Part shown: positions 27,396 to 42,066 of the stretch, piece after piece
How positions within the stretch are numbered: the stretch's first letter is position 1
Layout of the letters: every line of letters starts with the position of its first letter
Assembly: GCA_951406725.2 (NCBI GenBank)
Contig: OX597833.1
Span: forward strand, 24,490,001 to 24,554,000
Length of the DNA: 64,000 nt
Source: Octopus vulgaris
Lineage: Eukaryota
Direction of reading: 5' to 3'
Made by a program: the position numbers and the translations under genes
Notes under the pieces: generated by a model
The model's database searches: none
Seen by the model: only the letters and a program-made list of their open reading frames with translations
What the model was told of the DNA's origin: nothing

Positions 27396-27482
27396 CGCCC
27401 GCAGAGGGAACCCGTGACCCTTAGATTTCATCACTCGACAGTACATAAAAGTCTGATGCTCTACTGACTAAGCTTTGCGGGC
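27396..27482 (-). tRNA. tRNA-Lys(TTT)-like pseudogene with a 19-nt intron
   Basis: gcccgca/tgcgggc acceptor stem; agcttagtcagtagagc D arm; cagacTTTTa anticodon loop; intron 27427-27445 after position 37; T loop partly deleted. Confidence 0.7.
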
Positions 27483-27520
27483 TGACATGTATGTATGTAT
27501 GTATTGTATGTATGTATTAC

Positions 27521-27632
<112 letters not shown>

Positions 27633-28128
27633 TTGTTTTTACGTTCACTTATAATAAGAACGGCTCTTTGTTAAATTGATGGTTACTATATACTTTTGTA
27701 ATGTACAAACTTATTTTTCTTAAACAAAAATGTTATTGGCAGTATTTTCTAATCTTCGGCCAATTCAGCCATCGTCACTCGTGCATCTGTACATGTGCAT
27801 ATATGGCTACTTTATCAAATACTTCTACACAACGCGACTAACGCTGTGGCTTTATGGTAATCCTTCGACTATCGTTGGCACTTTTGCCCACCGATTTCGA
27901 CGGAATTTCGACCTTAAGATATGAGCGGTGCAAAATCAAAAATTCCAACATCTAATATCTCGCCACTCAGCCAATTTCATGATGGCTATCACTGTACTTA
28001 CCTACCTACATCACTTTTACTTCCCTACCAAACCCCGTTCCTCCCTCTCAATACCTACTTACCTATCTAACAACATATCAACATATCTCCCTACCGACCT
28101 AGCTACATTCCTACATGTCTGTCTGTCA

Positions 28129-28210
<82 letters not shown>

Positions 28211-28309
28211 CTTTCTATCTGCCGTCTGTCTATCGACCTATCTATCCATTCATCTAAATATATATGTATAAATAAATAAATAAGTATATATATATATACT
28301 TATTTATTT

Positions 28310-28340
<31 letters not shown>

Positions 28341-29087
28341 CACACACACATACTCTTTTAATCTTTTACTTGTTTCAGTCATTTGACTGCAGTCATACTG
28401 GAGCACCGACGCGCGCGCGCGCACACACACACACACGAATACATGCTTTGATACATATGAGATGGTATTTAAATTTAACACACTGTATATATGATGCATG
28501 TAATTTATATAAAAAAGAATTTTAGTGGATCGAATCGACCCTACTACTTTTCTTTTTAACCTGTTACTTATTCTATCGGTCCCTTTTGTTGAACCCGACA
28601 GGGACGTAAACACACTGACACCGGTGGTTGTGATGTGGGTAGCAAAAATAGTAAGACACACGCACACACATACACACACAAACATTCATATACACACATA
28701 CGTATAAATACACATATACATGTCTATATATCTATCTAAATACACACACACGACAGGATTCTTTCAGTTTCCCTTTCAGTGGGTGTGCTTTTCTGTGTAT
28801 ATGCATAAATGTAAATGTTTTCCCAAATAAACTACACTGCATGTTTGGGGCACCACTGAAGCTACAAGATTTTACTCCGGCTTTCGAATATGAACCCATT
28901 CTATTTTGTAGCAGAAACAGTGGTGTGCTAATCAATGATAGTCATTAGAAGATTATTAATTCCTTTTTGTCAATTAACTAGATATATAGTTACAGTTAAT
29001 CACCATGTTGTTTTCATATCTTTGCAAATGTTGTCGACCTGCGCACGTATGCTCATACATACATACATACATACATACAAATATATG

Positions 29088-29128
<41 letters not shown>

Positions 29129-29130
<2 letters not shown>

Positions 29131-29197
29131 CTGGTCACAATGCGCTTCGTATTGTTTTAGCCTTCAAATGACGCCACCCCGCTGGCTAAGCGAGCAG

Positions 29198-29200
<3 letters not shown>
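29129..29200. repeat. short element inserted in (TA)n, second copy at 63188-63300
   Basis: ctggtcacaatgcgcttcg...ggctaagcgagcaggcc shared; same right end. Confidence 0.7.
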
Positions 29201-29265
<65 letters not shown>

Positions 29266-29325
29266 TGTGTGTTTGTGTGTGTATGTATATGTGTGTATAT
29301 ATATATGTGTATATATATGTATGTG

Positions 29326-29400
<75 letters not shown>

Positions 29401-29764
29401 TTATATATATAAACACACGCGCGCGCAATTATCTACAGGCACTAACGCACACTTTCAGAAAAAACACATTTATAGACAACGGGAGATACTAGACAGCTAA
29501 AGAAATTAGATTGGGAAACGACCACAAACACACACACGGTTACATTAAACACCCAGTGCATATATATATATTTATATATATTAGCAATAAGGACTTTGTA
29601 TTCATATATGTAACACGAGTGGCCGTATGGTAAGAAGCTTGCTTCCCAATCATATAGTTCGGTCCCACTGCGCGGCATCTTGTGCGAGTTTCTTCTACTA
29701 TAGCCTCGAGCCGACAAAAACCTTGCGAGTGGAGTTGGTAGACGGAAACTGAAAGAAGCCCGTC

Positions 29765-29813
<49 letters not shown>

Positions 29814-29881
29814 TGATATATACGTGTACATATATGAATATATGAATACACATATATGTAAGTAGCATATATATATATATC

Positions 29882-29926
<45 letters not shown>

Positions 29927-29982
29927 ACGGATAGATAGATTGATACACACAAAATATATACATACAAATAAATGTATATTAC

Positions 29983-30024
<42 letters not shown>

Positions 30025-30030
30025 TTTCTA

Positions 30031-30064
<34 letters not shown>

Positions 30065-30438
30065 TTTACATATGTATATGTTTTGTGGGCATGTGTGTTT
30101 GTGTTTGTGTGTGTATGTAAATACATACATATATATATTCTTATACACACACACATATATACATGTAAAATTGAGTACACACACATATCTATACATTTTA
30201 TATACATAAAGATATGTGTATTTATATGCATATAAACGTGTATTTAGTATATATGTATGTATATACATACATATATATACTCATTCTATGAACGCATCTT
30301 TATTTATCTATCTACTTATATGCATCTATTAATCTATCCATCTATCATTTAATGCACATACATATGTGTGTGTACCTGTATATGTAATATATTGGTACAT
30401 GTATGCATTTGTGCGTATATGTATATATAACATCTATA

Positions 30439-30498
<60 letters not shown>

Positions 30499-30551
30499 TA
30501 TATATATATATATATATTTACACATATATGCATATATATATATATATATAT

Positions 30552-30604
<53 letters not shown>

Positions 30605-31034
30605 CCTATATATGTATATGTATGTATATCTTTGTGCGTTTTACATATATGTGTGCAAGCACGTATATAGTACTTCTTTATTGGATATGTGTATGCAAAA
30701 TGTCTCTAGGCAAGATCTCCACATTAATATATATCTACAAAAACTTTTTAAAAGTTTATTACACTTTTAGAAAGAAATTAATTGCATGAAATGCCTCACC
30801 TGTGTTTTCGTCAAATTTCACAAAAGCTTTCATGAAAGATACTTGTGGGTGTGTGCCGTCTTAATGAGTGGTTGTGTGTGGTTCTGTGCATGTGTGTGTG
30901 TGTGTGCTTGTGTGTAAGCGTGTTCATGCGTGTGTATGCGTGTAGTGTTTTGATATAACAATAGATACATCTATCTATTTATCTACGCCTGTTTCTCTTT
31001 CTCTGTCTCTCTATGTATATGTATATATGTTTGC

Positions 31035-31067
<33 letters not shown>

Positions 31068-31174
31068 AGTGTGTGCATGGTTGTATATATATATATATAT
31101 ATATAGTCGTCAACAAATCCATTGGTAAGATCGCGTGTAATGGATATATGAGACTAGACTTCGATTAAGATATC

Positions 31175-31245
<71 letters not shown>

Positions 31246-31424
31246 ATGTATGTATATATGTATATATATATATATATATGTATGTATATATGTATGTATA
31301 TATATATATGTATGTGTGTATATATGTATATACATATACATACATATATATATATGTATATATGTATATATATATATGTATGTATATATGTATATATATA
31401 TATGTGTATGTATATATGTATATA

Positions 31425-31491
<67 letters not shown>

Positions 31492-31548
31492 TATATATAT
31501 ACAAATATATATCTATATACTTTATTAAAAAGCTGCAAGAATAGCCCA

Positions 31549-31594
31549 AAAACTATTACTCAGAGTTTCACGTTCCCGTTTGTCGGACAGTTTT
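31549..31594 (-). ncRNA. hammerhead-like motif with a degenerate core
   Basis: aaaactgt CCGACAA acg ggaa cgt GAA actc t gagt A atagtttt: three stems intact, core altered. Confidence 0.55.
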
Positions 31595-31847
31595 GTTTAT
31601 ATATATATTTATATATATATGTTTAACACACGTACACGCACGCACGTAATGTCAACCAAACAAGCACATGTACCTAATCCTTTTTACTATACTTGAAACT
31701 TAAATGTTGTGTCTTTATTTTATGAGAGTTTCAAAAATCAGACACACTCACTGAAAGATATACAATATGTAAACATTCACATTTACGTATACACATAAAC
31801 ATGTATTCATATGTATTTTTTAATAGAATATGAATGAAAATATTTTC

Positions 31848-31934
<87 letters not shown>

Positions 31935-31970
31935 CATATATGTATATATACATGTATAATATACACACAC

Positions 31971-32018
<48 letters not shown>

Positions 32019-32213
32019 TATGTTTATACATGCACGCAAGTATACACCTATACATATATACATAAATACATGCATACATACATATATATGCATCAGAGTA
32101 TCTGAGTGTTGGTTGCATTAATTTCTTGTGAATATATATATATCCATAAGCATTATACACCCACAAACGCACACACACACATATGTATGTATATAATATA
32201 TATATATATATTC

Positions 32214-32256
<43 letters not shown>

Positions 32257-32262
32257 CACATA

Positions 32263-32314
<52 letters not shown>

Positions 32315-32330
32315 TATACACACAGATACA

Positions 32331-32445
<115 letters not shown>

Positions 32446-33310
32446 CAAGCAAACCTATGACATAATATAAACGAAAATTTATATGACCTACGAAAATATT
32501 TACGTTTTTCTTTTTTAAATATACAGAATTTACGACACAAGGAAGATGAAAATCCAGTATACTTCGAAAGATGAATGAAAATCATTTATTGTTGGGATCT
32601 GTTAAAATTTCTTTCTACCATTTGTACTATTTAAAATGTCCATTAGATTGTTTTCAATTAATAACTCCATTATTAATTTCTAGAACAAAATAAAGTGAAG
32701 TATATCTCGTCATCCGAATGAAATATGGAATACTTCAAGAGGAAGACATTTTTTCATGATCCTGTATTAATAATGATTTCTTTAATATACTTTATAATAA
32801 ATAACACATTGACAGTAATTATATTAGTATTACTAATTGGGTTTCCATATATATTGTTTTTTACTACGATGTTCATATCAACAGTTATAATAGCATTGAT
32901 GATATAAAATAATGAAGTTATGAATAAAAAAAAGAGAAAATAGTTATTAGAAAAAAATGTTAAATTATTAATTAAGGAGGACTTACCTATTGAAATATAT
33001 GATAAAGTAAAGTAAATTCTCCCCATACTTGAAGTTGGTGTTGTTCTGAAGGCATTGGTGCCAAATGAATGGTGGAACTGTCGTCTAGTAGACCACATGT
33101 GCAACGTACGCTGCCGACTGACTACATATACAGATTGTTGTTGTGTTGATTCGTAAGAAGCGAGCTACCGACCGACCGACCGACCGACCATCCGCCCGCC
33201 CGTCCGTCAGCCTGAATGTCTGTGTCTCTCTTTCTCTGCCTGTCTGTTTGTCTTTCTGCCTGCCAGTTTGACTTTCTTTGAAAACATTCAAGGAAAACAC
33301 CCCCTCTTTG

Positions 33311-33387
<77 letters not shown>

Positions 33388-33443
33388 CCCTCCACCCCCA
33401 ATCCCACACCACCACCGCCGCCACCACCACCACCACCACCACC

Positions 33444-33489
<46 letters not shown>

Positions 33490-33490
33490 T

Positions 33491-33522
<32 letters not shown>
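33311..33522. repeat. compound triplet microsatellite (TAC)n/(CAC)n
   Basis: Directly visible. Confidence 0.95.
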
Positions 33523-34514
33523 ACAGTAGTAAACAACAGCATTTACTTAGGCGTCTCTTCAGGAAAGACCACCAACTTTTAAGTCCACGCCCCTATGTTT
33601 ATATATATATATATATGTGCATACTCTCTCACACACACACTTACACGAACACACAAACGAACACACACACACTTGTACTTACATACATATATACATACAT
33701 AACTGCAGGCATGCATACCTTTACTGATATACACATAACCAAGTAAGCATGTACATATGTATATAAGTATGTGTTTGAGTATGTATGTGTGGATGGGTGT
33801 GTTTGTATGTGCGTGCGTTTGTCTGAGTGTACGTGTATGTGTGTATGTGTGTGCGTGCGTAATCGAACAAAGTAAGCTAAGAGTAATAACTCAGTGTTGT
33901 CAGTTGCACGAATGTAAAAAACTAATGCAGGTATTTTAAATGCCATACAAAATAATTAATTACTTGGAGGGGCAACGCATTTCGTTATGCAATCATAATT
34001 CGTTGTTGTTGGCATCGTTGTTGTTGCGCATAAACTAATCCAGTCTGGTTTTTACATTTCATGTCCTCTCCAGTTTCCTCTCCAATCTTGCGCAGGCCTG
34101 GGCTGGATGTAAGAAAATCCTGGGTAGCCCAATCTTCAGGATTCCTCTCTCGATCTTTCTGACGTAGTCCAAAGGAGTGCAGAGCATTACGTTTGGCACC
34201 AGCTTGATTGCAGGAGCTGCCGGAAGAGTGTCGAGTCGAACACTAAACCGCCTACGGGGCTCCACTCCGGATTTCTTTGAAGGTTGTCTCCTTTCCGTTA
34301 TCCTGGATAGGCCCTATACCGGGTACTGTCAGCCGGAGCCAGCTGAGCCCGGGACTCGTGTCAGGCAGGGTTGTCACTCCCTGAAGTAGTGAAGAAAATC
34401 GCTACTCACTATCCTGATGCAATCATAATATACTACAAGGTATATTATACTCCTTATAAATCAATACTGTACTACTGTGTTAGCAGTGCTATCAAAACAC
34501 TTTTTAACGTTATC

Positions 34515-34865
34515 TTTTTGCTTGTTTCAGTCATTTTGACTGTGGCCATGCTGGAGCACGGCCTTATAGGGTTTTAGTCGAAGAATTCGATCCTAGGAGT
34601 TATTCTTTGTAAGCCTAGTACTTATCCTATCGGTCTCTTTCGCCGAACCGCTAAGTCACGGGGACATAAACACACCAGCATCGACTGTCAAGTGATCGCG
34701 AGGGGACAAACATAGACACACACTCTCTCTCTCTTTCCCTCACATACACACACACACACACGCACGCATACACACACACATTTTTATGAGCTTCTTTCAG
34801 TTCCGTCTAAAAGATCCATTCACAAGACTTTGGTCGACTCGAGACTAGTAAGATACACATGCCCC
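34515..34865 (-). mobile_element. SINE family A
   Basis: Tail and partial head match the family. Confidence 0.75.
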
Positions 34866-35275
34866 TACAGATTTTCTATAGAAATTATAACCAAATCGAT
34901 GCTGTCTATAATTTATATACAAAATCTGTATGGATAACCTTAAGAAGTCTTACAAAATAAATACTTGATTTATAAATATTATCTCCTTTCTTAATTACCA
35001 AATGATAAATGAGACTAGCTCCACTTGAGATGGGAAGATAATCATCTTAGAACCAAGGATTGATTTCTCTATAGCTGACATACCACTAAGGAAAAGGAAA
35101 TATCTATTTTCTGGAGATAAGGGGACATGCGTTTCTGCCCTAACAGGTGTCCTTAGCACATTTGTCCCATCTTTGTCCCAGTTACGAAACATGACAGAAT
35201 ATGCAGATTATTGCTGTTTTTAACCGGTATGAACATAAATACAAACACACACCACATACGCGTGCGCACAGTGGA

Positions 35276-35307
<32 letters not shown>

Positions 35308-35521
35308 GAGAGCCACTACGGCCGCTACCACCACCACCACCACCACCACCACCACCACTATTACCATGTTTACATGCTTGTCTCTATACCCGCCTCTGCA
35401 ACCATCACATCAACCACACTGCACCCCGAAATTAACCCCAAAAAAGTGTAACAGCCATTGACTTCTATTTCCTCAAAGAACACACGTGCGCACAGCAACA
35501 AACATGCACACACACACGCGC

Positions 35522-35559
<38 letters not shown>

Positions 35560-35690
35560 CCACCTACACACACACACACATACACACACACACACACACA
35601 CTCTCGCAGCGCCTTACATATATACACACGTATATGCACACCACATATAGACACACTGTCAAAGACACTATAGATGTGTGTGTGTATGTG

Positions 35691-35725
<35 letters not shown>

Positions 35726-35740
35726 AGTAAGAAGCTTGCT

Positions 35741-36170
35741 CGGCGCAGGTGTGGCTGAGTGGTAAGATGCTTGTTTCCCAACCACAAGGTTTTGGCATCA
35801 GTTCCACTGCGTGTCAGCTTGGACAAGTATCTTCTACTTTAAGACTTGGGCCAACCAAAGCTTTGTGAGTGAATTTGCTAGGCGGAAACTGAAAGAAGCC
35901 CTCGTTTATATATATATATATATATATATTTCTATGTGTGCGCTTTTGTGTCTGTATTTGTTCCCCCACCATCACCTAACAACCGATGTTGGTGTGTTTA
36001 CATCCCCGTGACTTAACAGTTCAGCAAAAGCAGCCGATAAAGTAAGTAATAGGCTTACAAAGAATAAATCCTGGTGTCGATTTCATCGACTAAAACACTT
36101 TAAAGTGGTGTTCCAGCATGGTCGCAGTCAAATGACTGAAACAAGTTAACGAATAAAAGAATAAAAGAAT
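35741..36170 (+). mobile_element. SINE family A
   Basis: Full head and tail. Confidence 0.85.
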
Positions 36171-36460
36171 GCACACATATTTCTCTTACATATATACCCA
36201 TAACGTATATACAATGTGGGCTGCAAAAGTAAGTTTCCCGTATGTATCACATCAATGTTATAATCCTTAATTCATTAAATTATTAGACATTAAATTAGTT
36301 AACCCCATTTTAGATATTTTCAGTGTCATTAATCATAATACTACATTTATTGTAACTCTGATAATAATTTTGTCGTAACTTTTAACTTTTTTGATTAAAA
36401 TAAATGAGTATTGTATGTGTTTTCTTTTTACATAACGGTATACCTACTTTTGCACAACAC

Positions 36461-36504
<44 letters not shown>

Positions 36505-36515
<11 letters not shown>

Positions 36516-36869
36516 CGGCAGTTTGTCTGTGCGTGTTTCTGTGTGTCTGTTTTCTTGTACCCTCACCCTGACCACGGCTTTCAACCGATTCTGATGAAAC
36601 TTGACACAGTCATAGCCCAATGTCATAATTCAAAACTAACGCAGCGAAAATTTTGAAAAGTTCCCCCAGTTCTGAAAAAAATCGATAAATTCGACATAGG
36701 GTCGAGAATCAGAAACACAAACCACAGACTGTCTAGGGGACGCAACTCCACCTATTTTAACTAAAAAAAATTTACCATCATTTTTTTTCCATTTTTTGGC
36801 TATAACTCTCTAAAAATGCTTTATAGTTATTTCCCTTACAAACACGAGCAACGCCGGGCGATACTGCTA

Positions 36870-36870
<1 letters not shown>
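36505..36870 (+). mobile_element. non-autonomous Helitron, family H3
   Basis: 3' end cacgagcaacgccgggcgatactgCTAG; homologous to 43137-43504. Confidence 0.85.
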
Positions 36871-36956
<86 letters not shown>

Positions 36957-36958
<2 letters not shown>

Positions 36959-37356
36959 GCGCAGGCGTGGCTGTGTAATAAGAGGCTTGCTTCACAACCA
37001 CATAGTTCCGAGTTCAGTTCCACTGCGTGGCACTTTGGGCTAGGGTTCGGTCTTCTACTATAGTTTCGGGCCGACCAGAGTATTGTGAATGAATTTGGTA
37101 GAGAGAAACTGAAAGTAGCCTGTAGTATACATGTATGTGTGCTTGTGTTTAACTCCTGCCATCTTTTGTCAAACAATGCAGGTATGTTTATGTCCCCGTA
37201 GGCTAGCGGTTCGGCAAAAGAAACCGATAGAATAAGTACTACGCTTACAAAGAACAAGTTCTGGGGGCGATTTCTTTGACTAGAACATTTTAAGGTGGTG
37301 CTCCAGCATGGTCGCAGTCAAACGACCGAAACAAAACAAGTAAAAGAATGAAAGAA
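36957..37356 (+). mobile_element. SINE family A
   Basis: Full head and tail. Confidence 0.85.
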
Positions 37357-37787
37357 TATGTATATACTTATTTGCATGTAAATATATATATATAAATACA
37401 TGTGATTTTGTATGTATGGACCTATATGTGTGTGAGTGTTATATTTTTCCACGTACACAATCTCACCTGTCACAATCACACTTAACCCTGTTTATTTCTC
37501 ACTCAATTTCGTTATCAGCCATTCTCTGTCTCCCACATTGTCTTCCTCTATGTCTTCCCTACAGTTCTTATCCTATCATTAATCCCTCAAATCCACAATA
37601 ACAGCTCCTCTCATTCCAATTCCAACTCTTCCTAACACTCACTACCACGCAATGTCAGTTGTGGTTATTAACATGCTGGTCTTCTTTTTGGTTGCCCTCT
37701 TTATTTATCCTTTGCAGCGTTTCAAATAGACATGCATAAAGCAACCCCCACCATAGGTAGAAATAGATATAGGTAAATATCTATACC

Positions 37788-37827
<40 letters not shown>

Positions 37828-38155
37828 TGCGTACACACACACACACACTTATTTATATACGCATATGTATGAATATACATAAATGTAGTATTATTTTATT
37901 CTTTTATGTTTTAGACTTGAGGCTGCGACCATGCTGGGGCATCATCTCTCTCTTTCTCACTCTCTCTCTCTCTATATATATATATAAATATAATGTGTGT
38001 GTGTATATAATACACACGCGCGTGCGCACAAAAGCACACGCACACAATATATACATATATGTGTGTTCGTCTGAGTGTGTGTGTGTGTGTGTGAGTGCGT
38101 GTGTGTACGGCGCATGTTTCCGTACACTTTCTGTCTATCAAATTTACTCCCGAGA

Positions 38156-38218
<63 letters not shown>

Positions 38219-38329
38219 TGTTTGTATATGTGTATGTACATATATATATATATGTATGTATGTATGTACGCACGTATGTATGTATGAATGTATGTATGTG
38301 TGTATCTATCTATCGATCTACCTACCTAC

Positions 38330-38405
<76 letters not shown>

Positions 38406-38986
38406 ATGCCTGCCTATACGCGTGTCACCTTGGGTAACTGTCTACTAATATAGCCTCGGGCCGATCATATCCTTCTGAGTGTATCTGTTAGACGGAAACT
38501 GAAACAAGCCTGTCGTAGGTATACCTATATACGTAACTGAAAAAAATGTGTCAACCAGAAGGAACACGATGTTGACTCCAATTTTTTTCAATTATCTAAT
38601 TACACACGACAGATGCCCAAACGCAAACTTGGAGTACGTATAATACTGGATAGCACAGGGTGAAATCTGAATGTGGACGAGCTTTATACTGTACTTTACT
38701 ACGTTCTTTACAAAATATACCATAATTACATAGATATGTATATATCTATGTGTATGTTTCTGTGTTTATCACTCCGTTGGTGTGTTTATGTTCTCGTAAG
38801 GTAGCGGTTCGGCAAAACAGACCGATAGAATAAGAACTAGGCTTACAAAGAATAAGTTTTGGGATCGATTTCTTCAACTAAAAGACCCTGTAAGGTTGTG
38901 CTCCGGCATGACTGCAATGAAATGAGTGAAACAAGAGAAGAATACATACATACATACATATATACATACATACATACATACATACA

Positions 38987-39018
<32 letters not shown>

Positions 39019-39078
39019 CATACATACATACATATATATATATATGTATATGTATGTATGTATGTATATATATGTATG

Positions 39079-39165
<87 letters not shown>

Positions 39166-39239
39166 GTTATATATATTTATATATACATAGATGTGGGTAT
39201 ATATACGTTCGCGTATGTGTATAAATTTATATATGTATG

Positions 39240-39293
<54 letters not shown>

Positions 39294-39397
39294 TATGTAT
39301 ATATATATATATAATTTATGGGAACGTAAAGACACCAATACCGGTTGTCAAGCGTGGTGTGGGTGTGATAGGTACATGCACGCATATATATATACAA

Positions 39398-39657
39398 TTG
39401 TAGCGTGGAAGGTGTTTGTAAGCCATTTAAGAAACACACAAATGCCGTTCGATTCACTTCAACATTTAAGTTTAATTTGTCAAAATATTTTCGTCGCTAT
39501 AAGACCGCGACCTGTTCACTGACAAAAATCCGTGCCAGTGAATCGAACGGCTTTTGTGTGTTTCTTAAATGGCTTACAAACACCTTCCACGCTGCAACTG
39601 TTTTCGTTCCATCACACGATCTCAGATCAAATCACTTGCTATGCAAGTACATCTCCG

Positions 39658-39660
<3 letters not shown>
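39398..39660. mobile_element. fold-back PLE-like insert in (TA)n (G3-C8 HHR family)
   Basis: Inverted arms 39398-39458 / 39537-39597; homologous to 55803-56125. Confidence 0.8.
39476..39526 (-). ncRNA. type I hammerhead with GUGAACA (G3-C8) core
   Basis: tttgtca GTGAACA g gtcgc..gcgac GAA aatatt t tgacaaa. Confidence 0.7.
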
Positions 39661-39728
<68 letters not shown>

Positions 39729-39950
39729 TAGATAGATAGATGGATAGATAGATAGACAGATAGATAGATAATATATAATATATAGGACAGTCTTCTTTTA
39801 AGGCGCTCGCTTCTGGTGCAACGCAGTGGGACTGAATTTAGAACCTTCTGGTTGGGAAGCAAACTACTAGCCACACAGCTATACCATAGGTAAAGTATAA
39901 AGATAAAACATATTCTTATTGTGTCTAGGGTGCGTCATTATGTCAATGTA

Positions 39951-40503
39951 AAGGCGGCGAGCTGGCAGAAACGTTAGCACGCCGGGCGAAATGCGAACCC
40001 GTACGTTCTGAGTTCAAATTCCGACGAGGTCGACTTGCCTTTCATCCTTTCGGGGTCGATAAATTAAGTACCAGTTACGCACTGGGGTCGATGTAATCGA
40101 TTTAATCCGTTTGTCTGTCCTTGTTTGTCCTTTATGTGTTTAGCCCCTTGTCGGTATTAAAGAAATAGTTATTTCGTCTGCCTCTACGTTCTGAGTTCAA
40201 ATTCCGCCGAGGTCGACTTTGCCTTTCATCCTTTCGGATGTAATGTATTCGAATAAATAAGTACAAGTTACTCACTGGGGTCGATATAATCGACTTAATC
40301 CGTTCGTCTGTCCTTGTTTGTCTCCTCTGTGTGTAGTCCCTTGTAGGTAGTAAAGAAATAGGTATTTTCTCTGAGTTCAAATTCTGCAGGGGTCGACTTT
40401 GCCTTTCATCATTTTGGGGTCGATAAATTAAATACTGGGGTCGATCTAATCGACTGACCCCTTCCCCAAAATTTCGGGCCTTGTGCCTAGAGTAGAAAAG
40501 ATT
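39951..40503 (+). mobile_element. SINE family B with a tandemly triplicated body
   Basis: ctgagttcaaattc...gtcgac...cctttcatc occurs three times (~40008, 40191, 40371). Confidence 0.85.
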
Positions 40504-40574
40504 ATGTCAATATAATTAACACACACGCCGGTTCAATTCAACTCATTTATTAAATATCCAGCGATGGTAAATTA

Positions 40575-41250
40575 CCGCACCCCTTTCAGGTTTTTTTTTT
40601 TCTCTACAGAAGGCCACTTTTTCGACTGCGGAGAACCGAATCTGCAAAAGAAAATCAGCATTTCAAAATGACTTTTAAATTGTTTTTTTTTTTTTTTTTG
40701 GTAATTGGTATTTAAAAAGTGGATCTTCGGTTTGGCTGTTGTTTCTAGCTTGTCGGACTTAAAAACTGAAGATTTTGAAAACCACCAAAACACGTTTTCA
40801 TAATTTGAATTCTCCCCTCTCTATCCCGATGGCAAAGAAGAAAAATGGGGTAGGGGAAATTAAAATTTTGAAAACGTGATTCGTCGTTTAGCTGCTGTTT
40901 CTAACATGTTGAGTTTTCTGTTTAGATACTTTTTACATCTGCTATTTTCGTAGGAGGGGAGGGTTTTTTTAAATTTATAATTATTTCTTTTGAAAAATTG
41001 AAATTTTACAAATTTTTTTTCAGAATCATAATCTCCGTATTTTTCTACGTATTTCGCCCCAAAAAAGTTTCTTAAAAGAGTGAAAAATTGTGTGGTGGGG
41101 TGGCGCGCGCGCGACAGGGGTTTAAAAAATTTTGAAATGCCGATTTTTTTGCAGATTCTGAATCTCCGCAGTCGAAAAGGTGGGTTTCTATAGCAAAAAT
41201 AAAATTAAAAAAGAATAAAAAGAAAGAAAATAACCGAAAGTGGGTGAGGT
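40575..41250. mobile_element. degenerate MITE-like element with long imperfect TIRs
   Basis: ccactttttcgactgcggagaaccgaatctgcaaaa versus ttttgcagattctgaatctccgcagtcgaaaaggtgg. Confidence 0.65.
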
Positions 41251-41963
41251 CTATGTCCTTTACCCCCGACAAATATCCAATTGTCTTGTAAACTAGATAC
41301 AAAGATAAAACACAGGCTTTATAACAAAATTAGACCGATGGTACAAAAGGAGACAGCGCACAGTGGACGTGGTAGGTAAAGAGTTAATCTGTAACATTTT
41401 TTTTCTTTTAAACTCAGTATCACTTTAAAACATTTTGTATTAATTCATTATATTTTACATTGAAAGTACACATTTAACATTTTGCTTATTTAACTTGTCA
41501 GTACATGTCTTCAACAATTTACATTATGCATTCGGATTAGATGTTCTTTCACCAAGCTGATAAAGGTTATCATATTTATATTTCAATATATATTTCCTTC
41601 AATTCTAGTTAATACAATTGTAATATCTATGACATTAATACAATTGTAATATCTATGATATTAATACAGTTGTAATGTCTATGCTATTTTCATCCACTTT
41701 TCACCAATCCCCGCAAATATATATCTCCTATCCCTATACTCATTTTTATCGCACCTATACGTCACCGACCCACCTGTCATTCAACTTGTCAATTATTCTT
41801 CGTCATTCGGACACAGGAAATTTTCCCATACACATACGCGCGCGCACACACACACATAATACACACGCACACATGTGTTTGTATGTAGACGTGTTTATAT
41901 GAATATATATGAGTATATAAGTACATGTATGTGTATATGAATAAATGTGTGTATGTCTGTCTG

Positions 41964-42066
<103 letters not shown>

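Noticed and set aside
32725-32907. Hydrophobic ORF suggesting a mitochondrial insertion
   Set aside because: No recognisable mitochondrial protein motif; AT richness explains it.
36590-36605. CTGATGA in Helitron H3 (also reverse at ~43407)
   Set aside because: No stem II, stem III or stem I context.
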